The notes under the pieces were generated by a model that had not been told where the DNA came from, searched no databases, and saw only the letters and a program-made list of their open reading frames with translations. A DNA stretch of 50,335 nucleotides, taken from IMG/VR virus record IMGVR_UViG_3300009537_000021, positions 1 through 50,335 of that record, one strand, 5' to 3'. This stretch comes from a virus. Position 1 is the first letter of the stretch. Every line of letters starts with the position of its first letter. Positions 18,663 to 27,687 of this stretch are shown here, one piece after another. The translations under genes and the position numbers were made by a program.

Positions 18663-19780
18663 TGGCTACCCAAACGGGTCGTAGGGGAACCTACGAATCG
18701 ACAGTTGGCGTTAAGCTCGATGTCGAAGATGCCATTTATATGATCTCACCCTTCGAGGTTCCCTTTCTAGGGACCTATGGGGCAGATCGTGGCTCTGTTC
18801 TTGGTAAGGACTCCACCACCTCGGTCAAGGTCGAGTGGTTGGAGGACGAACTGGTTCCTGGCTCGGATACTCTCAGTGGTGCAGCCGTTACAGCGGCTAC
18901 ATTCATCACTGTGGATAACCGCGATTTCTTCAAGGCTAACGACCTCATCAGGGTTAACGATGAGTACATGAGGGTGATAAACCCCGTAGGTACCACCGCT
19001 GACACGATGACGGTTGAGAGGTCTTGGGGAACGCCAGTAGCCGTCCAACATGCGGATGCTTCCACTGTTCTGATCCTGGGCACCCTGCCACAAGAAGGTG
19101 ACGACCCGGTCTCGGGTATCAACTTCAACCGTGTGCAGCCGTACAACGTGACCCAGATTTATCAGGACGAAGTGGAAATCACCCGTACTGAGGAGAAAGA
19201 GGCCAAGTACGGAGTTAGGAGTGAGGCAAGCTATCAGATTGGTAAGAGGCTCAAAGAAGCCGCTATCAAGCTGGAGCGGAACCTCATTCTTGGCACCAGA
19301 AACCAGGACACCGGCAACCGCAGGCGTTCACATGGTGGTTTGGACTACTACATTTCCACAGGTACCGATGCTGCTACTACCGATCTAACAGAGGCGGCGC
19401 TGCTAGACCAGCTCCAAAACTCGTTTGATCGAGGTGGCATGATCGACCTGCTGGCAGTGGGTGGAACTCAGAAACGACATATCTCGGCGTGGAATAGCAC
19501 CGACATTCGTTTCAGCCGCGATGAGAACATTCGTGGTGCAGTGGTTGACTGGTTCGACTCGGACTTCGGCAGAATCTATATGGTCCTGAATCGCTGGGTA
19601 CCCACCCGGTTCGCCTTCGGTCTGGAGAAGCAATACATCGACCTAGTTTGGTTTGACCCATTCTTCGTGGAGATGCTCGCCAAGACTGGTGATAGGCAAC
19701 AGTGGGAACTCATCGGTGAAATGACCATGAGGGTTCGCAACGAGAAGGCCCATTTCAAGTTCACGGCTCTACAGGCCTAG
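18662..19780 (+). CDS. Major capsid protein (HK97-fold, SU10-like family by pattern), 372 aa
   Basis: Size, position after the scaffold gene, and a following terminator hairpin. The VKVEWLEDEL and ...RSHGGLDYYI patterns are typical of this capsid family. Confidence 0.8.
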   Translation: MATQTGRRGTYESTVGVKLDVEDAIYMISPFEVPFLGTYGADRGSVLGKDSTTSVKVEWLEDELVPGSDTLSGAAVTAATFITVDNRDFFKANDLIRVNDEYMRVINPVGTTADTMTVERSWGTPVAVQHADASTVLILGTLPQEGDDPVSGINFNRVQPYNVTQIYQDEVEITRTEEKEAKYGVRSEASYQIGKRLKEAAIKLERNLILGTRNQDTGNRRRSHGGLDYYISTGTDAATTDLTEAALLDQLQNSFDRGGMIDLLAVGGTQKRHISAWNSTDIRFSRDENIRGAVVDWFDSDFGRIYMVLNRWVPTRFAFGLEKQYIDLVWFDPFFVEMLAKTGDRQQWELIGEMTMRVRNEKAHFKFTALQA

Positions 19781-19799
19781 AACCTAGAGATGTAGACTG

Positions 19800-19825
19800 A
19801 GGGGGCGGGTATATGCTCGCCCCCT
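19800..19825 (+). terminator. GC-rich hairpin after the capsid gene (AGGGGGCG-10 nt-CGCCCCCT)
   Basis: Read directly, 20 nt after the capsid stop. There is no long U-tract, as is common in actinobacteria. Confidence 0.5.
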
Positions 19826-19841
19826 TAGTAATGGAGGAACA

Positions 19842-20120
19842 GTGACAAAGGCAGAATTCAAGGCTCTTAACAAGCCCAAGATGTTGGAGCTCCTTCAAGG
19901 GTTATTCGATGATCCTGACGATGAGTTTTCTGATATGAGCAAGGCCCAACTGACTCAGTTCGGGCTAAACAACTTCGAGGTGATTGCACCACCCGCCGAC
20001 CCTGAACCAGAACCCGCACCAGAGGAGGAAGCAGCCCCTTCTGTGGTCAGTATGTCTACGGATCTGTATTCAGGCAAACCAAGAAGGCCTGTAGGAGCAC
20101 GCAGCACAGACCTTGCCTAA
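19842..20120 (+). CDS. Hypothetical acidic/Pro-rich protein, 92 aa
   Basis: GTG start after GGAGGAACA; contains a PPADPEPEPAPEEE tract. Confidence 0.5.
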   Translation: MTKAEFKALNKPKMLELLQGLFDDPDDEFSDMSKAQLTQFGLNNFEVIAPPADPEPEPAPEEEAAPSVVSMSTDLYSGKPRRPVGARSTDLA

Positions 20121-20901
20121 AAGCACCATAGCTATAGGGTACGTTCACCCGGAGAAGGTGAGCGCCTTCTTTATGTCCTCGTTGGTCAGGCTTCTACGGC
20201 TAGAGGGCCATAGAATTGAGGGGGTGATAGCCATACACTCAGGGCCTAAGGTGGATGACGCCCGCAATCAGTTGTTCAAGGAATGGCTACGAAAAACTAA
20301 TGCCAATAGGTTGCTCATGGTAGACACGGATATGATTCTGCCAGAGAACACCATTAAGAGGCTTATAGGTCATAACAAGGACATTGTGGGTGGTCTGTGT
20401 TTCTCAGGTGGATGGAGCGGTACAGTTAAGCCCGTGATCCACAGGGTAGAACCAGACGAGAACGGTCAGGCTAGACTAACCGTAGTCTACGACTACCCGC
20501 CAGACACTTTGATGGAAGTTGATGGTACCGGTGGAGCTTGCATGATGATAAGCCGTCGCTGTGCTGAGGACGTCTGGAGAGCTAGGGGTGAAGATCACCA
20601 GATGCCTTGGTTTGCCTACAGTATGCACAACGGGCTAAGGATTGGTGAAGACATTGCCTTCTGTCTCACAGCACAAAAGGTAGGTTACAAGACCTATGTA
20701 GACACAGGCCTCGAGATACCTCATGTAAAACCAACAACCTTAGGGGAAGTGGATTATGTCCGTTCTTTGCTGAACGAGAATCATCCCCACTACAATCAGA
20801 GGGATACGGTCCCAATTTACCGGGAGCTACTAGATGGTGACGCTAGCCTCGACAGTGATAGACAGAGCCCTGAAGGGGATCAGACTCTACGATCAGCCTG
20901 A
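20113..20901 (+). CDS. GT-A fold (GT2-like) glycosyltransferase, 262 aa
   Basis: DxD motif (LLMVDTDMILP), GGACMMISR and IGEDIAFC blocks typical of GT2; TTG start. Confidence 0.7.
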   Translation: MPKSTIAIGYVHPEKVSAFFMSSLVRLLRLEGHRIEGVIAIHSGPKVDDARNQLFKEWLRKTNANRLLMVDTDMILPENTIKRLIGHNKDIVGGLCFSGGWSGTVKPVIHRVEPDENGQARLTVVYDYPPDTLMEVDGTGGACMMISRRCAEDVWRARGEDHQMPWFAYSMHNGLRIGEDIAFCLTAQKVGYKTYVDTGLEIPHVKPTTLGEVDYVRSLLNENHPHYNQRDTVPIYRELLDGDASLDSDRQSPEGDQTLRSA

Positions 20902-21730
20902 CGTCCTTGATGCCAACATAACCACCGCGGGTCAAACCACCATCACCTACTTAGGTGTTCTCTCTGGGTGGGGTGTAACTACCGTTGCCGAAATAAACAA
21001 CGAACTCATGTTGGTCACCTCTGTGGACTACGGTAACAAGATCGCCACTGTAGTTAGAGGGTGGCTGGGCACTACAGCGCAGGCTTCAGTGACCGCAGGT
21101 GCACCGATCTATCTGAACCCACGACTCATGAGGTCAGACTTCTTGGCCCTTATCAATGAGTGCCTAGACGATCTGATGGGCCATGATCTCTACGCCACAG
21201 ATGTCGCCAGCTTTGTTTACGATCCCATATCCATAGGGTACAACCTAGATTCCTCATTGTCTAAGGTACTTCGAGTGGATGCACAGACCGATGCACAAGC
21301 TGGTCTGTGGGAGCCTATCTATGATTGGCACGTTCAGGACAATGCTGATACCACAGAGTTTGCATCGAGTAAGGCCTTGATGTTGAGAGCCAGTTTACCC
21401 TTCGGCGCAAAGGTACGGGTGGTATATTCCAAGCCGTTCACCTCCTTAGCTGATGATACTGAGGATCTAGAAGCAAATGCAGGCATGCAGGATTACATGA
21501 CCGACCTGGTTTACTACTACATCATGCGGAACTTGATGGTGGATGAGGAACGTAGACGTAGCCAGATGGAATCCGCCCAGAACCACCAGAGGTCTCAAGA
21601 CTCACCTCCTTTCCTTTCATTAAGAACAGGCGAATGGTATGGGGCCCGTTATCTAGATAAGATTCGTACGGCTAGGGCTAGACTTCGTAAGGAGACGGCT
21701 GTACCGATGGGTGCAGGCTATGGTAGCTAG
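20834..21730 (+). CDS. Putative head-tail adaptor or other structural protein, 298 aa
   Basis: Position in the virion module; carries the EL-x-LV...VVRGWLGT motif. Overlaps the 3' end of the GT gene by 68 nt. Confidence 0.5.
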   Translation: MVTLASTVIDRALKGIRLYDQPDVLDANITTAGQTTITYLGVLSGWGVTTVAEINNELMLVTSVDYGNKIATVVRGWLGTTAQASVTAGAPIYLNPRLMRSDFLALINECLDDLMGHDLYATDVASFVYDPISIGYNLDSSLSKVLRVDAQTDAQAGLWEPIYDWHVQDNADTTEFASSKALMLRASLPFGAKVRVVYSKPFTSLADDTEDLEANAGMQDYMTDLVYYYIMRNLMVDEERRRSQMESAQNHQRSQDSPPFLSLRTGEWYGARYLDKIRTARARLRKETAVPMGAGYGS

Positions 21731-23201
21731 GAAATACTCCAACATTGCCGTAGCTACTACCTTAGCATCAGGAATAACAGGCGGGGCCTCCAGCCTTACA
21801 GTTGTAGATGCCTCCGGCTATCCTTCAGTTCCATTCGCCATACTAATAGATGAGGATACGGTCAACGAGGAACTCTGTATCGTCAATGCCAAATCCGGGG
21901 CGGTGTTCTCTAGCCTTACTAGAGGCTTTGGTGGTACTTCTGCGGTGGCTCACAATGGCGGTGTCTCAGTAAAGCTGGTCTCTGTTGCAGAGGATCATGC
22001 TCTGATCTGGAACCATGTTCATACAGGGGCAGGTGGAGACGACACAACACCCTTATCTCACCTAGATTTAACCAACGTGGGTACAGACGATCACCATGCC
22101 GAGGCTCATACAGTGGCTAGTCACTCGGACACCGCTGCTACTGGTGCCCAACTAACCGAGTTGACTGACGGATCACAGACTACCTTGCACTCTCATGCTG
22201 GTGTAGGTCATACGCATGTAGAGGCAGATGTCACTGACTTGGCTCATAGTGACCCTGATGCCATTCACGACAATGTAGCCGGTGAAATTAACGCCATTAC
22301 TTCTAAAGGTGCCTTAGTAGATGGTGACATTTTCCTGATAGAAGATTCGGCGGCTAGTAATGCCAAGAAGAAAGTAGCGGCCAGTGTCATAGATGATTAC
22401 ATCACGGCCTCTGCTGAGAGTACACCCACAGGTGTTATCTCCGGATATGGTGGGTCATCAGCACCCTCAGGTTGGTTGCTTTGTGATGGTGCAGAGATAA
22501 GCCGTGCCACCTTTGCAGCCCTCTTCGCCGTTATAGGTACTACCTTCGGAGTCGGGGATGGTAGCACGACGTTTGATCTACCAGACCTTAAACAGAGATT
22601 CCCCATAGGTAAGGCAGATGCTGGAGTAGCCTCAGTATTAGGTGAAACAGGGGGTGCCGTAAGTCATACTCACACCGGACCAAATCATCAGCATACAGGA
22701 CCTAGCCATACTCACACTGGGCCGAGTCATACTCACACCATGGGGACTCACACTCATACAGGGCCCTCTCACACTCACACCGTAGACCCGCCTAGCACCG
22801 CTTCTGATTCGCAAGGTTCTCACACCCATACGATGGGAACCCATACCCACTTTGTATCTGACACCACCAGTGGGCCGTCTAGCACCACTAGTGTTGATTC
22901 AGGTATATTCACCGCTGCGGCCCCCGCACATACTCACTCCACATCAGACACCTCCTCTGCTGTAGACCCCGGTGACACCAACTCAGGTGGAGCCCATACA
23001 CACACTACCAACATCGGTGCTTTCTTCTCGGCTTCAGATGGCACTGGTAATACGGGTGCTACTGACCCAGGTGATACCAATGCTAGTGGCACAGGGGCTA
23101 CAGGGGCAGATGGCACCGGCCTCACAGGACTAGCAGGAACAGGGGCCACTGGTTCTAACAATCCCCCTTACCTGACCATCAACTTCATCATCAAGACTTA
23201 G
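21711..23201 (+). CDS. Tail fibre with tail-collar domain and His-box (HxH) repeats, 496 aa
   Basis: Collar motif GWLLCDGAEISRATFAALFAVIGTTFGVGDGSTTFDLPDLKQRFPIG; SHTHTGP heptads; C-terminal PPYLTINFIIKT. Confidence 0.75.
   Translation: MQAMVARKYSNIAVATTLASGITGGASSLTVVDASGYPSVPFAILIDEDTVNEELCIVNAKSGAVFSSLTRGFGGTSAVAHNGGVSVKLVSVAEDHALIWNHVHTGAGGDDTTPLSHLDLTNVGTDDHHAEAHTVASHSDTAATGAQLTELTDGSQTTLHSHAGVGHTHVEADVTDLAHSDPDAIHDNVAGEINAITSKGALVDGDIFLIEDSAASNAKKKVAASVIDDYITASAESTPTGVISGYGGSSAPSGWLLCDGAEISRATFAALFAVIGTTFGVGDGSTTFDLPDLKQRFPIGKADAGVASVLGETGGAVSHTHTGPNHQHTGPSHTHTGPSHTHTMGTHTHTGPSHTHTVDPPSTASDSQGSHTHTMGTHTHFVSDTTSGPSSTTSVDSGIFTAAAPAHTHSTSDTSSAVDPGDTNSGGAHTHTTNIGAFFSASDGTGNTGATDPGDTNASGTGATGADGTGLTGLAGTGATGSNNPPYLTINFIIKT
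22662..22781 (+). repeat. Six in-frame heptad repeats (S/N/T)H(T/Q)HT(G/M)(P/G)
   Basis: SHTHTGP NHQHTGP SHTHTGP SHTHTMG THTHTGP SHTHT, read from the translation; 21-nt DNA period. Confidence 0.85.
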
Positions 23202-23209
23202 GAGCAGCC

Positions 23210-23497
23210 ATGAGTGAGATGACCGTAACCCAACACAACGAACAACTAATCCTACAAAAGCAACACCTTCTTAGGCAGATGGAACAAGAGCGAAATAGTA
23301 TGGGCATTATTCTGGCCGCTATGATGAGGCAGATGAAGCGCAAGAGGGCTGTGGTTCTTCCGCCCGAGCTCCTTACGGTTCCTGGTGTTCAGGTTGATTA
23401 CCTAGAGGACGGTAGTGTTCGTGTAGACTTCATAAAGCCGAACCCTAACGGACATAAGGATCTAGTAGATGACCAATCTACCGAGCCCATTACCTGA
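23210..23497 (+). CDS. Hypothetical protein, 95 aa
   Basis: ORF track; helical N-half. Confidence 0.5.
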   Translation: MSEMTVTQHNEQLILQKQHLLRQMEQERNSMGIILAAMMRQMKRKRAVVLPPELLTVPGVQVDYLEDGSVRVDFIKPNPNGHKDLVDDQSTEPIT

Positions 23498-25370
23498 GGA
23501 TTTAACCAAAGCGGTTGGCTTAGCTTCTGCCGATGAGGTGGGGGCTGTTTGGGATTTAGGTATAGATGATCTTGGGTACATGCTTTCCACTCTGGATCAA
23601 GAGTCACCCTTTGAGTACCGTAGCTATGAAGTCCAATCGATCCCGCCCCTGAAGAACCAGATTGATGACCAACGAGAGCCGGGAGAGCAGACCCTATCAG
23701 CATGGTGGGCCCGAGCCCAGCACACCTGGCATGAGGGTGCGGGGCAAGATGTTTTCGATGGGGCCACTTCAACTCGATACAGATTCCAAGCCTCGAAGGG
23801 GATGGACCCCTGGACAGAAGGTCAACTGACCTTACTGAAAGAAACGGCTGAGCTCCGCAACGATGCTGTGGATGACCATCACCTGCTTTCCACCGATGTG
23901 GCTCTGATCTATACCTATGGCGGCAACATCAAGAAAGATCCAGACCCTGATGCAGGTGCAGAAGGTGGCGAGGCTACGGTCACTACCCACAATGGTACTC
24001 CCATCAACTCTATAACCTCCGATGGCACCGTTGTGTATGCAGCTTTCTCAGGCGGGTCTCTAGGTATCAAGTCAATGGACATAACAGCCTTTAGCTCTTG
24101 GTCCAATGTTAATGACCACGATGATGTGGACGTGATTGCCTTTGTTAAAGGTAGACTCATGGGGGCTAAGGCTAATCAGGTTTTTGAGTATGACCTAGCC
24201 GCAGGTACAGCTATCCCTGAACCGTTCTATACAGACATATCCACAGGGTTCACGTTCTCTGCCATAACAGAATCAGGGCCAGCTATCTACTTCTCTGGGA
24301 ATGCCGGAGACAGAGCGGAGATATTCGCTGCGAGACTAACTGCACAGGACATACCGTATGCGTCAGTGGCAACTGTAGGCGCCATGCGAAGCGTTTGGCA
24401 AGCCCCTGAAGGGGAGACGATATACGCAATCAAGGGGTACATCGGCCAACAAATCCTGATAGGTACCTCAAGGGGAGTTCGTATTGGGGCAATAGTCACG
24501 GATGAAGGAGACTTAAGTGTGTCGGCTCTCATCGTAGAGACCGACTACCCCGTCCGTAACTTTGAACCACAGCAAGAGTTTGCTTGGTTTACCTGGTCCA
24601 ACTACGACGCCTCAAGTTCAGGGCTCGGCAGAATTCACCTAGGAGATTTGGTATATGCCAGTGATCTTATGTGGGATACACCTTCCACCATCATGGAGTG
24701 TGTCCAGTATCTAGGACGTATGTATTTCGTGGCTGATGAGGGTGCTACTAGCCGCATCATTAAGGAGCACGCTGATAACCTCGTAGCCACTGCCACCCTA
24801 GATATTGGTGACATTCGATACGGTACCACTGAACGAAAGACCATTAGGTACTTCGACATTCTCACCGCAGACTATGGGAAGTGGTCCTTGCATATGTCGG
24901 TGAACGGGGCCGCCGTTGCTCCCTTCACTACGGATAACCCTGTGGGTGGGTATCAAGAGGAAGTCATTGATCTTGAAGGCACGAGGTTCTCCACTCGCAT
25001 CACCTTGAAACGTGATGATATAGATGCCACGTTAGGACCTCGTTTGTTTGAGTGGCGATTGCGAGCGGAGGCTCGTACCACAGGAAGATTTAGATATCTG
25101 GTACCCGTGATGGTGTACGACTTCATGACTAACCAGACAGGTAGAGAGGTAGGGTATGTAGGTCTAGCACTGGACTTGCTTAACCATCTCAAAGCCATAT
25201 ACAATACAGATACCGACATAAACTTCGCCGCACTGGAATCAGGAGTCCCTGGTGCTGGGCTGGTCTTCACTGTTAAGATGGAAGATATGAGGTTTAAGTC
25301 ATTTGCCCCACCCAAAGGCGGTAGGGGGTTTGGCGGTATTGCTCTGGTAGTTTTGAGAGAGGTACGGTAG
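23469..25370 (+). CDS. Tail structural protein (nozzle/hub-like), 633 aa
   Basis: Large beta-rich ORF at the end of the virion module. The assignment rests on position only. Confidence 0.5.
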   Translation: MTNLPSPLPEDLTKAVGLASADEVGAVWDLGIDDLGYMLSTLDQESPFEYRSYEVQSIPPLKNQIDDQREPGEQTLSAWWARAQHTWHEGAGQDVFDGATSTRYRFQASKGMDPWTEGQLTLLKETAELRNDAVDDHHLLSTDVALIYTYGGNIKKDPDPDAGAEGGEATVTTHNGTPINSITSDGTVVYAAFSGGSLGIKSMDITAFSSWSNVNDHDDVDVIAFVKGRLMGAKANQVFEYDLAAGTAIPEPFYTDISTGFTFSAITESGPAIYFSGNAGDRAEIFAARLTAQDIPYASVATVGAMRSVWQAPEGETIYAIKGYIGQQILIGTSRGVRIGAIVTDEGDLSVSALIVETDYPVRNFEPQQEFAWFTWSNYDASSSGLGRIHLGDLVYASDLMWDTPSTIMECVQYLGRMYFVADEGATSRIIKEHADNLVATATLDIGDIRYGTTERKTIRYFDILTADYGKWSLHMSVNGAAVAPFTTDNPVGGYQEEVIDLEGTRFSTRITLKRDDIDATLGPRLFEWRLRAEARTTGRFRYLVPVMVYDFMTNQTGREVGYVGLALDLLNHLKAIYNTDTDINFAALESGVPGAGLVFTVKMEDMRFKSFAPPKGGRGFGGIALVVLREVR

Positions 25371-25606
25371 TGAGTGAAGATGGTTTCTCTTTCCGAGAGA
25401 TATTGGTCGAAGTTAGGGACAAGGTGGATGCACTAGACAGTAGGTTTGACCACCTTGAGAATAATGTGGTTCTAAAGACCGAGTTAGAAATGTGGAAGAA
25501 AACTCAGGTCAATACCAGGCGATGGGCCATTACCACTATTCTCTCCTTATTGGTAATAGGTGTAATGATCTTAGGCATCGTCTACAACAACCCGATAGGA
25601 GGATAA
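25370..25606 (+). CDS. Lysis-cassette membrane protein, 78 aa (one C-terminal TM)
   Basis: WAITTILSLLVIGVMILGIVY hydrophobic segment; GTG start overlapping the upstream stop. Confidence 0.5.
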   Translation: MSEDGFSFREILVEVRDKVDALDSRFDHLENNVVLKTELEMWKKTQVNTRRWAITTILSLLVIGVMILGIVYNNPIGG

Positions 25607-25607
25607 C

Positions 25608-25823
25608 ATGAGACAATTTCAGGCCGTTATGGCGTACATCGGAAAGGCGGCAAAGGCATTCGCCTCAGGGATTGCGGCTGGGCTTGCTTATCTGATAGGT
25701 GTATGGGGAGAGCAAGCCACTGTTTCTGATGCCTTCTCCAGTCTTACTGCCCAACAGTGGGGTCTACTGGCACTCACAGTTCTCGGTGGTTGGGGTGTTA
25801 CCTATAGGACTAAGAACGGATGA
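25608..25823 (+). CDS. Holin-like protein, 71 aa (two TM segments)
   Basis: Two hydrophobic stretches (FASGIAAGLAYLIGVW and WGLLALTVLGGWGV) and a basic C-end. Confidence 0.55.
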   Translation: MRQFQAVMAYIGKAAKAFASGIAAGLAYLIGVWGEQATVSDAFSSLTAQQWGLLALTVLGGWGVTYRTKNG

Positions 25824-26032
25824 GTGGATTTACCTTTGCTTGGGTAATGTGGTTGGTCATGTTCGCTGTGATCGAAGGTGTAGCTATCTTCCGCAAAGAA
25901 CGTGGCGACACGTTGTCCGAGCATATCTGGAAGTGGTTCCAAATCAGAGAGTCTAAGGACTGGAACTTTCGTAGGGCTGCTCTTGCCATCTTTCTAGTAT
26001 GGCTACTAGTTCACATGGTGTCAGGGATTTAA
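25820..26032 (+). CDS. Small membrane protein, 70 aa (two TM, GDTLSE motif)
   Basis: FAWVMWLVMFAVIEGVAIF...GDTLSEHIW...AALAIFLVWLLVHMV; ATGA coupling. Confidence 0.55.
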   Translation: MSGFTFAWVMWLVMFAVIEGVAIFRKERGDTLSEHIWKWFQIRESKDWNFRRAALAIFLVWLLVHMVSGI

Positions 26033-26772
26033 GACTTCCGCATTGTGTGAGGCGTCCCTAGCATTACATACCTAGCATCGGCCTGCGACTGAGTAATAGC
26101 AGAGCGGTGTTCCTTAGCTGCCTTATCTCTGGACAGCATCGCTGACTTGGTGCGAGGTCCAGGCACCCCGTCTACCACTAGGGACTTACCCTCAAAGTCA
26201 CGGAACCCCGCTTCATTCAGGTTATCCTGCTCGTCCATAATGAATTGCTCGAACATTTCCTCATCTCCAGGTTGTATTACGGTTGTATCGCCAATATCCC
26301 ATAGCCCAGTGTTCTCACCTATTGCGGTTGATACCACAGAAACGTGCATGTGGCTAGTGTGCGGGTTAGACCCAGTGTAGGGTCGCCAAGTGTATGGTTT
26401 GTAGCTACCTTTGGGATAACTGGAAAACATCTTTGGTTTGTTGGAGCTCGCCTCGTCCCACAGATGAATGACGTACTTAATGCGAGGATCCTTTGACTTG
26501 CGTAGAGCCTCTGCTACGGGGCCCATATCACCGTGAAGATCATCGTCGGTGATGTCGATGGCTCTGACTATACCAGCCCCTGTGGTTGGTTTGACCGTGT
26601 GATCGCTGGTTGGGTTGTTCTCATCATGACCCCTACTAGCTACCGTACCATCTGATCTTGTCGATCGACGGGGGAAAGCTGCGGTGATCTGTTGACCTAG
26701 GGTTTTGATAGAGCCGGCTACCCTGAAAGGTTGACCGTCCCATGCTGTGCCTGAATATCTAAAGCTAGCCAT
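26029..26772 (-). CDS. Endolysin: LAS-type zinc peptidase domain plus C-terminal PG_binding_1-like domain, 247 aa
   Basis: SDH...AIDIT and HMHVSV (H-x-D / HxH zinc pattern); LVVDGVPGPRTKSAM peptidoglycan-binding motif. Confidence 0.6.
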   Translation of the reverse strand: MASFRYSGTAWDGQPFRVAGSIKTLGQQITAAFPRRSTRSDGTVASRGHDENNPTSDHTVKPTTGAGIVRAIDITDDDLHGDMGPVAEALRKSKDPRIKYVIHLWDEASSNKPKMFSSYPKGSYKPYTWRPYTGSNPHTSHMHVSVVSTAIGENTGLWDIGDTTVIQPGDEEMFEQFIMDEQDNLNEAGFRDFEGKSLVVDGVPGPRTKSAMLSRDKAAKEHRSAITQSQADARYVMLGTPHTMRKS

Positions 26773-27070
26773 CGTTTGTTCCTATCTCGTAGATTACTCG
26801 CACGGCATCCAGATCAGAGGAGATTACAGCTACTACCCCACCTGCATCTTGAATCTTGGACATTATATAAGCCTGTCTAGATGATACGGTCTGCTCGAGG
26901 CCTGGCAATTTGACTTCCAACCCTACAAAGTGCCCGGCGAATACACCAACGATGTCTGGTACTCCGGCGACTTGATAAGCAGACCCATGAACCTTCATCC
27001 ACCAACCTCCTTGCTTCCGTAGGGATTGAAGGATTTTGTTTACTAGGCGAGTCTCTGGTTTCTGTCCCAT
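26765..27070 (-). CDS. VRR-NUC nuclease, 101 aa
   Basis: WWMKVHGS...GVPDIVGV...GLEVKLPG (PD-ExK core typical of VRR-NUC). Confidence 0.75.
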   Translation of the reverse strand: MGQKPETRLVNKILQSLRKQGGWWMKVHGSAYQVAGVPDIVGVFAGHFVGLEVKLPGLEQTVSSRQAYIMSKIQDAGGVVAVISSDLDAVRVIYEIGTNDG

Positions 27071-27156
27071 GGATCAAAAAGAGGGAGGGAGCCCGATGGA
27101 CTCCCCCGCTCCTAGCAGCATGCCAATACCGCAATCAGCAGCAACGCACGGCAATA

Positions 27157-27687
27157 CTATAGCTCATCCTCATCGAGGTCGATTTCATCATCGTCCTCTT
27201 CCTCATCTTCAAGGTCGTCATCTTCTTCCTCGACCTCATCTTCATCATCCATCTGGGATGGGTTGAAGACGTCCACAATCTCGGAGCGAATTTTACCTTC
27301 GTTGTCCTCGCCATCTGCTACTTCGATGGCAACAGAACGACCAACCAACTTGTCAAGAGGTATCTTGACCATGCGGTCAGGAATCTTGACAATGGGGTCA
27401 ATTGCTTGCAAGAAGCCTCGGAAGGACCACAGAGAGTTCTCGGCTGTTTCACCATCTTTGGTGATTAGGACATTGTTGTACCAGAACCTGGCACCCTTGC
27501 CCTTGCCTGCGTCGGTCACTTCCACGACCCACTCAACTCCTCGAGAACCAGTCCCGAACTTCTTGCCTGAAGCACTTACAATTTTGGCATTGTATGAGCC
27601 CTCAGGGATAACGGTCTTGCGCCGACGCTCGCTGGCAGATACACCAGTCAGGTCAACTTCGACCGCACTCTTTGTTACTTTTGCCAC
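27157..27687 (-). CDS. DUF669-like ssDNA-binding protein with acidic C-tail, 176 aa
   Basis: Position next to the Sak4-like ATPase; VIPEGSYNAKIV pattern; 35-aa D/E tail ending DLDEDEL. Confidence 0.55.
   Translation of the reverse strand: MAKVTKSAVEVDLTGVSASERRRKTVIPEGSYNAKIVSASGKKFGTGSRGVEWVVEVTDAGKGKGARFWYNNVLITKDGETAENSLWSFRGFLQAIDPIVKIPDRMVKIPLDKLVGRSVAIEVADGEDNEGKIRSEIVDVFNPSQMDDEDEVEEEDDDLEDEEEDDDEIDLDEDEL

Noticed and set aside
27076-27106. A possible intrinsic terminator between the SSB and VRR-NUC genes (GGGAG-9 nt-CTCCC, then a CTTTTT run on the minus strand).
   Set aside because: The stem is only 5-6 bp, and the T-run abuts the next start codon. This is too weak to call without transcript data.
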